A DNA stretch of 64,000 nucleotides, from NCBI RefSeq assembly GCF_009914755.1, contig NC_060932.1; one strand, given 5' to 3'. The DNA is from the human T2T-CHM13v2.0 reference genome, Homo sapiens. Positions 62,091 through 64,000 of this stretch are shown in pieces. The notes under the pieces are model-generated. The model saw only the letters and a list, made by a program, of their open reading frames with translations, ran no database searches and was not told the origin of the DNA. How positions within the stretch are numbered: position 1 is the first letter of the stretch; each line of letters starts with the position of its first letter. Both the position numbers and the translations under genes were made by a program.

Positions 62091-62842
62091 GGGGGAGAAC
62101 TAAGGTGTATTTTCATTTATGTTGTTAAAAAACTGTGGATTTTTATATATGTGTAAATAAAAAAAGTCCCAAGACTACACACTTAACCGTTACTTCTGGG
62201 GAGGAGAGTAGAATTATATGCTTATATTGATTACACTGAAAGAGTTGGTGTTGGTGAAATGGGGCTTTTTATATTGTAGGGTCCTCCTACTTTCTTTTTT
62301 AAAAAAAAATTTAAACAATATCACACATAGTATTGGTGGTTTTACAAAAAGAGTTATTGGGAAGTTACAAGTAGAACCATGCATGGGTTATTTTATTGAA
62401 GAATAAATGTGAGTGTGTGTTTGTATTTTAAGATAGGAGAGACTTGAGGTTGAAAGGTTAAATACAAGAGAAGGGGAGGTAAGGAGCAAAGTTGTAGAGG
62501 ATTTGGGGAAGGATTGGGGAAGGAAGGGGATTAGATTCTCAATAGCTCTAGAGAAAAACAGAAGGAAGACCTCTTCCTGTGGGAGACTCAAATTTGAGTT
62601 TCTTTAGATTCTTGTGAATCACTGGAGTGTTTGTTTAAAAAAAAAAATATTCAGCAGCCCAACCCCTAGAGATTTTGATTGACTAGATTTGAGGTGGAGC
62701 TGAATGTTGCAAAACCTGCGGCCAGAAGTACTAGTCATTTTATTTTATTATATAAGCAGATTTGTTAGAATTACCTTCAAAAAACAACCTGGGAAGTTCA
62801 GAGGTAGAAAAATTCTATTAAAGCTTTTTTATTGAGATGTAG

Positions 62843-63233
<391 letters not shown>

Positions 63234-63414
63234 AAGGACTCCACATTCTTACATATGTCTCTTTCTCAACCAGTTTTCCACTGGCCTGAATTTTATATTA
63301 ATCCTCCCCTGCTTTTCTTCATAGTTGTATCACTTATGGATTCCTAAACTGTATTATTTAGTTTTGCCCATTTTTAGATGTGCTTAGCTGTTTCATTTAT
63401 CAAATGAGAGCTGA

Positions 63415-63727
<313 letters not shown>

Positions 63728-64000
63728 ATTTTTGCTTTATATATATTATTGGTAGTCTTTCAGGATTTTTGACTAGCTCTTTTCTGTCTGTTTTCTAACC
63801 CAGTTTATTTACTACTTCCTCCCCCTAATATTTATACCGTGCCTGAGACTTTATAGTGAATCATAGAGGCTATTGTCCCTGTTGTTCTCATTCCTTTTTA
63901 CCTTTCTTAAACTCCTCTGGTGACTCTCCCTACTCATCTTCTCAATTGGTGTTCTGTCCTTTCTGTCCCATGCCATTCCTGTCCAGCATGAAAGTTTCTC

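Overview
Primate (human-like) genomic DNA, mostly interspersed repeats. The window ends in the CpG-island promoter, first coding exon (56986-57031) and start of intron 1 of RAB2A on the + strand. The ~56 kb upstream has no host protein-coding exon that I can recognise. It holds about 45 Alu elements, old L1/L2/CR1/MIR fragments, MaLR/ERV1/ERVL solo LTRs, hAT DNA transposon remnants, a 5'-truncated U6 retrocopy and a deleted betaretroviral HERV-K provirus (33241-39694, probably HERV-K14/HML-1 with LTR14B-type LTRs). The most unusual observations are: (1) two very short poly(A)-tailed retrocopies (49289-49376 and 55899-55955) whose bodies are hairpin-forming fragments resembling ERV1 LTR R regions; (2) an aberrant proviral 3' junction, with the last 16 nt of the LTR missing and a ~59-bp duplication of host flank in place of a 6-bp TSD; (3) patchy identity between the two LTRs, suggesting gene conversion; (4) a template-switch-like inversion that creates a hairpin in an MLT1 LTR; (5) a compact AP-1/CRE enhancer candidate. 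Repeat subfamily names come from my recollection of consensus sequences, not from a database search. Boundaries of old repeats are approximate.
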